A stretch of 64,000 nt of DNA, taken from NCBI GenBank assembly GCA_000002435.2, contig CM018790.1, one strand, 5' to 3'. Position 1 is the stretch's first letter. Every line of letters begins with the position of its first letter. The notes beneath the pieces were generated by a model. That model did no database searches. It was not told the DNA's origin and worked only from the letters and a program-made list of their open reading frames with translations. Position numbers and translations under genes: made by a program. Below, in pieces: positions 61,099-64,000 of the stretch. Origin of the DNA: Giardia intestinalis. Its lineage: Eukaryota.

Positions 61099-61647
61099 AT
61101 GAAGGTAAAGCGTCTTAAGAAGACCAAAAAAACCCTCAAATTCTTTTCCATTAACTTCCGCCTCACCCCACCGTACCATATACTGTTCGATGGCACATTT
61201 CTCAACCATGTGGCTCATATTCATCAGCCCCTGCAAGAAATCGTTGACCGAGTATTTATGAGGCAGCCGGTTGTCTTTTACACGACGGCACAGGTGGTTG
61301 AAGAGCTCAAGAAGCTCGAAATGGAGGATGCACTCAAGCTGGCTGCATCTCTGAAGACCCTATCTCCAACGGGAGAGACTCCTGCAGAGAGCATTCTCAA
61401 CCTGGTGGTGACCCCCAACCTTCCCAAGCAGCAGTTCTTTGTAGTTGCAACACGTGACTGGGAGCTAATTTCTAAAATACGGAAGTATCCCAAGGCAATG
61501 GTTCTGAATATCAATGGGGTGGTTCCCATCCTGGACACCCCGTCCTATGCTAGCCAGGACGTAGCCCGCGAGAAGCAGCTGAAGCTCATGGGTGTCGACC
61601 CGTCTTCAGAGGAGTGGAAGCGCCCTGCCAGACGGGGTAAAGGTTAA
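61099..61647 (+). CDS. UTP23: rRNA-processing protein UTP23 (a PIN-domain component of the small-subunit processome)
   Basis: The N-terminus MKVKRLKKTKKTLKFFSINFRLTPPYHILFDGTFLNHVA matches human UTP23 MKITRQKHAKKHLGFFRNNFGVREPYQILLDGTFCQAAL. QFFVVATRDWELISKIRKYPKAMVLNINGVVPILDTPS matches HYFVATQDQNLSVKVKKKPGVPLMFIIQNTMVLDKPS. Confidence 0.75.
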   Translation: MKVKRLKKTKKTLKFFSINFRLTPPYHILFDGTFLNHVAHIHQPLQEIVDRVFMRQPVVFYTTAQVVEELKKLEMEDALKLAASLKTLSPTGETPAESILNLVVTPNLPKQQFFVVATRDWELISKIRKYPKAMVLNINGVVPILDTPSYASQDVAREKQLKLMGVDPSSEEWKRPARRGKG

Positions 61648-62050
61648 TACTGTAAACTGTGAGTTCATGGCAGTTCGAGTGTCAGGCTACTGGAACTAGC
61701 TGGCCCAGCACGTTCTTGCTGGCTATCTCTGGCAGCTTTGTAGGCTCTACAGCAACAGCAAAAGACCCGTCGAATAACAATCCTCTCTAAAGAAGAAAAT
61801 AAGAAGGAGTGGGCATAGATATACATCGTTGGGAATCTGTTTCGACGTCTCTTAGAAACTGAGGCCCCCGAGTGACGACGTTGCTGCAATTAGTTACTGG
61901 ATAGAGCAAGCATCAGTCGACCTACCACCAGATCACAGTCTCTCTGGGAGTTGGCGAATGATGGGTGTAGTTCTACCTTATCCCACTTTGACAGCTAACA
62001 TATTCTTTGGGAACGGCCCCTTGTGCCACGTTTTCTGATCATAAAATCCC

Positions 62051-62617
62051 ATGATCCTCTCTTCTGACGGGCACATGCTCTTCCACCTGGCTTCACAATT
62101 ATATCCCATGTATACTGGTCTCTGGATCTTTTGTGCTTGGCTCTGCTGCTCTCTGCAAAAAGCAAAGTTCGATAAAACCCTCCTTGCTGTTGGGTGTGTG
62201 ATGTTAACGAACCCTGCCGTTTCATATGCGTTAAAGCACTTGCTACATCAGCCACGGCCCTGCTCTCCAGATCCTGGAATGCCGTCTGCACATGCCTTCT
62301 GGGCAGCAGGATTGAGTGCGGCTCTTTTTCTCGCTGCACATTCACAGTGCAGTAGGAGCCTATCGGCGAGCACAACTAAACTAGCTGCTCTAAGACTCTA
62401 TGCCTACGCGGCATGCTTTACAACTCCGTTGGTTGCAGCCGAGCGTATCTACTCGAGAGAGCACACGATTGCGCAGGTTGCCGTTGGCCTGCCTCTAGGA
62501 GCCCTCTACACCCTTCTAGTTTGGGGACCAATTAAGTGGCTGTCAGATACCATTGCCTGTACTTTGGATTCTATCGTCTCCCGTATGGCTAAGGACAAAG
62601 GGAGAAAAGCCATGTAA
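62051..62617 (+). CDS. PAP2-family lipid phosphatase, most similar to dolichyldiphosphatase (DOLPP1/CWH8)
   Basis: The three PAP2 motifs are present in order: KHLLHQPRPC (KxxxxxxRP), GMPSAHA (PSGH) and YSREHTIAQV (SRxxxxxH-like). DOLPP1 has KEPRPC...GMPSSHS...YSRVYLLYHTWSQV. Confidence 0.6.
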   Translation: MILSSDGHMLFHLASQLYPMYTGLWIFCAWLCCSLQKAKFDKTLLAVGCVMLTNPAVSYALKHLLHQPRPCSPDPGMPSAHAFWAAGLSAALFLAAHSQCSRSLSASTTKLAALRLYAYAACFTTPLVAAERIYSREHTIAQVAVGLPLGALYTLLVWGPIKWLSDTIACTLDSIVSRMAKDKGRKAM

Positions 62618-62658
62618 AAACGAATTTTCTCTGAGATCTCCCAATTTTCACGCAAGAT

Positions 62659-63543
62659 ATGCCCGATAGCCACAACTTTGTAGGCGTGCTTCTTAGCATC
62701 CTCCCAGTTAAGGACTTTCCTTTCTCTATTGCAGGAGGGGGAGACTCGGCGCATATTTCTTTTCAGTCACCCGACAAGCTCTGTTGCGCAAAACTGATCC
62801 TCCAGGGTCAGTGCCTCTTTTCGCAGCCAGAATTAGAAATCTACAACGTCTCTATGGCTCTGCAAGGAGAGAGGCTTTGCGCTGGCAACTTACTAGATCA
62901 AGATGGATCCTTGCCAGCTAAAGTTGTTGTAGCTGCCGCTCCACTACCTGATAACCCTAAAGGTTATGATTGTTATGGCTTTGCAGATCTGCTCAAATCT
63001 CTGGCTTCAATGTCCCAGGCGATTGTGGATTGGTCCGCACAGATGAGCAGTGAGGTCAAGTATTCACTCCCAGACATTCTCTCGGCTCCAACCTCACAGT
63101 CTAAACAGCTTCCCATCTCACACCAAGCTAAGATAGAGCTTTTATCTTGCAATGTACCGAAGATCACTAAACGTCTCTGTCGGAGCTGTCGCGAAGTGTC
63201 CACTCTTATTGACAGAGGGGCCATTGAGGAACGAATGCGGCAGTTCGTTGCACACTGCAATGCTTGCACTCGCACATCACTTAAGATAATGAAGCACTAT
63301 CAAGATTCTATTTCAGGCAGTCAAAATACCCTCTTCTCAGCGTCTGGCGAATCTTTACTAATGCGTAGCATAGTAGAGAAGCTGCAAGCACAGCTATTCA
63401 TCTACCAAGCAAAGATAAAGACCCTTATGTCATCTTCTGACGTTGGTAATAACCTGTACAATCCTCAGACTCTTGAAAGCTTACTCACACTTGTATCAAG
63501 CTTCTACGATGGTCAAGTTACACGCCAGGCATTCATCCCCTGA
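62659..63543 (+). CDS. Hypothetical protein (294 aa)
   Basis: ORF with a true ATG (gcaagatATGccc). Helical C-terminal half. No motif recognised. Confidence 0.5.
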   Translation: MPDSHNFVGVLLSILPVKDFPFSIAGGGDSAHISFQSPDKLCCAKLILQGQCLFSQPELEIYNVSMALQGERLCAGNLLDQDGSLPAKVVVAAAPLPDNPKGYDCYGFADLLKSLASMSQAIVDWSAQMSSEVKYSLPDILSAPTSQSKQLPISHQAKIELLSCNVPKITKRLCRSCREVSTLIDRGAIEERMRQFVAHCNACTRTSLKIMKHYQDSISGSQNTLFSASGESLLMRSIVEKLQAQLFIYQAKIKTLMSSSDVGNNLYNPQTLESLLTLVSSFYDGQVTRQAFIP

Positions 63544-63647
63544 TATGCCGGCACAGTTTCTCTATCCTTCTTGGTTCTGGTAGTAGATTCTGGTAATAGA
63601 TGCTTCAGTAAATCACGCACAGGCAAAGAATTAAAAAGGCAGGGTCG

Positions 63648-64000
63648 ATGGGTCTCATCCACTCAGAGGAATTGGTTGATGTTAGACTTCTATCGCCCCG
63701 CAAGTGGTCAAGGAATCCGTTAAAAGTAACAACTTGTGCGCTCTATGCTATTGTCCTTCTAGTTGTTATTCTTTCCGGTGCCAGGGCCGCAATGCTTTAT
63801 AATTCTTTGCCAGCTGCGAGCAAAGCACTGGAGTATCCTCTCCGCAAATTGAATCTGTTTGAGGAGATGAAAATTGCCCCGCCCCCGCTTTCTCCAACCA
63901 TACTCAATGGTCTGCTATACCACGATGTTGGCATTCACTTTCGTGTCGTATTATTTCTTCTCCTAGTACCTATCGCTGTCCACATCATCACCATTCTCAT
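63648..64000 (+). CDS. Hypothetical membrane protein, N-terminal fragment (runs off the right edge of the window)
   Basis: ATG at 63648 (MGLIHSEE..., a possible MGxxxS myristoylation motif). The frame stays open to the end of the window and contains hydrophobic segments (CALYAIVLLVVILSG, VVLFLLLVPIAVHIITIL). Confidence 0.35.
   Translation, partial: MGLIHSEELVDVRLLSPRKWSRNPLKVTTCALYAIVLLVVILSGARAAMLYNSLPAASKALEYPLRKLNLFEEMKIAPPPLSPTILNGLLYHDVGIHFRVVLFLLLVPIAVHIITIL

Noticed and set aside
1-64000. A prokaryotic-style novel system (defence island, CRISPR array, operon, integron or phage)
   Set aside because: The window is eukaryotic (Giardia-like). It has a VSP CRGKA tail, AGTRAAY polyA motifs, eukaryote-only genes (CCT8, VPS15, UTP23, TTLL, SNARE and ankyrin-NEK), no Shine-Dalgarno spacing, and genes on alternating strands without operon logic. 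I found no direct-repeat/spacer arrays and no recognisable tRNA or rRNA, though the tRNA scan was by eye only.

Overview
This window reads as a densely packed, intron-poor eukaryotic chromosome segment, almost certainly from Giardia (diplomonad), not a prokaryotic locus. Four things point that way:
- One ORF ends in the Giardia variant-specific surface protein (VSP) hallmark: a transmembrane helix followed by ...CRGKA and a stop, with many CXXC motifs and a GGCY motif.
- AGTAAAT / AGTAAAC (AGTRAAY) polyadenylation motifs sit at or within about 10 nt of several stop codons.
- Start codons are preceded by short A/T-rich initiator-like stretches instead of Shine-Dalgarno sequences.
- The gene content is eukaryotic: a NEK-like pseudokinase with ankyrin repeats, a VPS15 kinase beginning MGNxLS, CCT chaperonin theta, a tubulin-tyrosine-ligase-like (TTLL) enzyme, UTP23, a tail-anchored SNARE and a dolichyldiphosphatase-like PAP2 protein.

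About 27 protein-coding genes occupy roughly 90% of the window, on both strands. One of them is a single uninterrupted ORF of about 20.8 kb (about 6,940 aa) with no assignable function. I saw no CRISPR array, tRNA, rRNA, operon structure or mobile element, and nothing that supports a prokaryotic defence system.

The most notable items are:
- the VSP (antigenic-variation) gene and the atypically long (about 1.45 kb), GC-rich, ORF-fragmented region downstream of it;
- the giant ORF;
- an unusually long VPS15 with a gene packed 23 bp behind it;
- convergent gene pairs whose stop codons lie 20-40 bp apart, so their 3' UTRs must overlap.

Note that the supplied ORF track uses alternative start codons: several of its "M" residues are really GTG or TTG. 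I re-assigned those starts to the first in-frame ATG where I could check it. All functional calls rest on my reading of motifs. I ran no database search.
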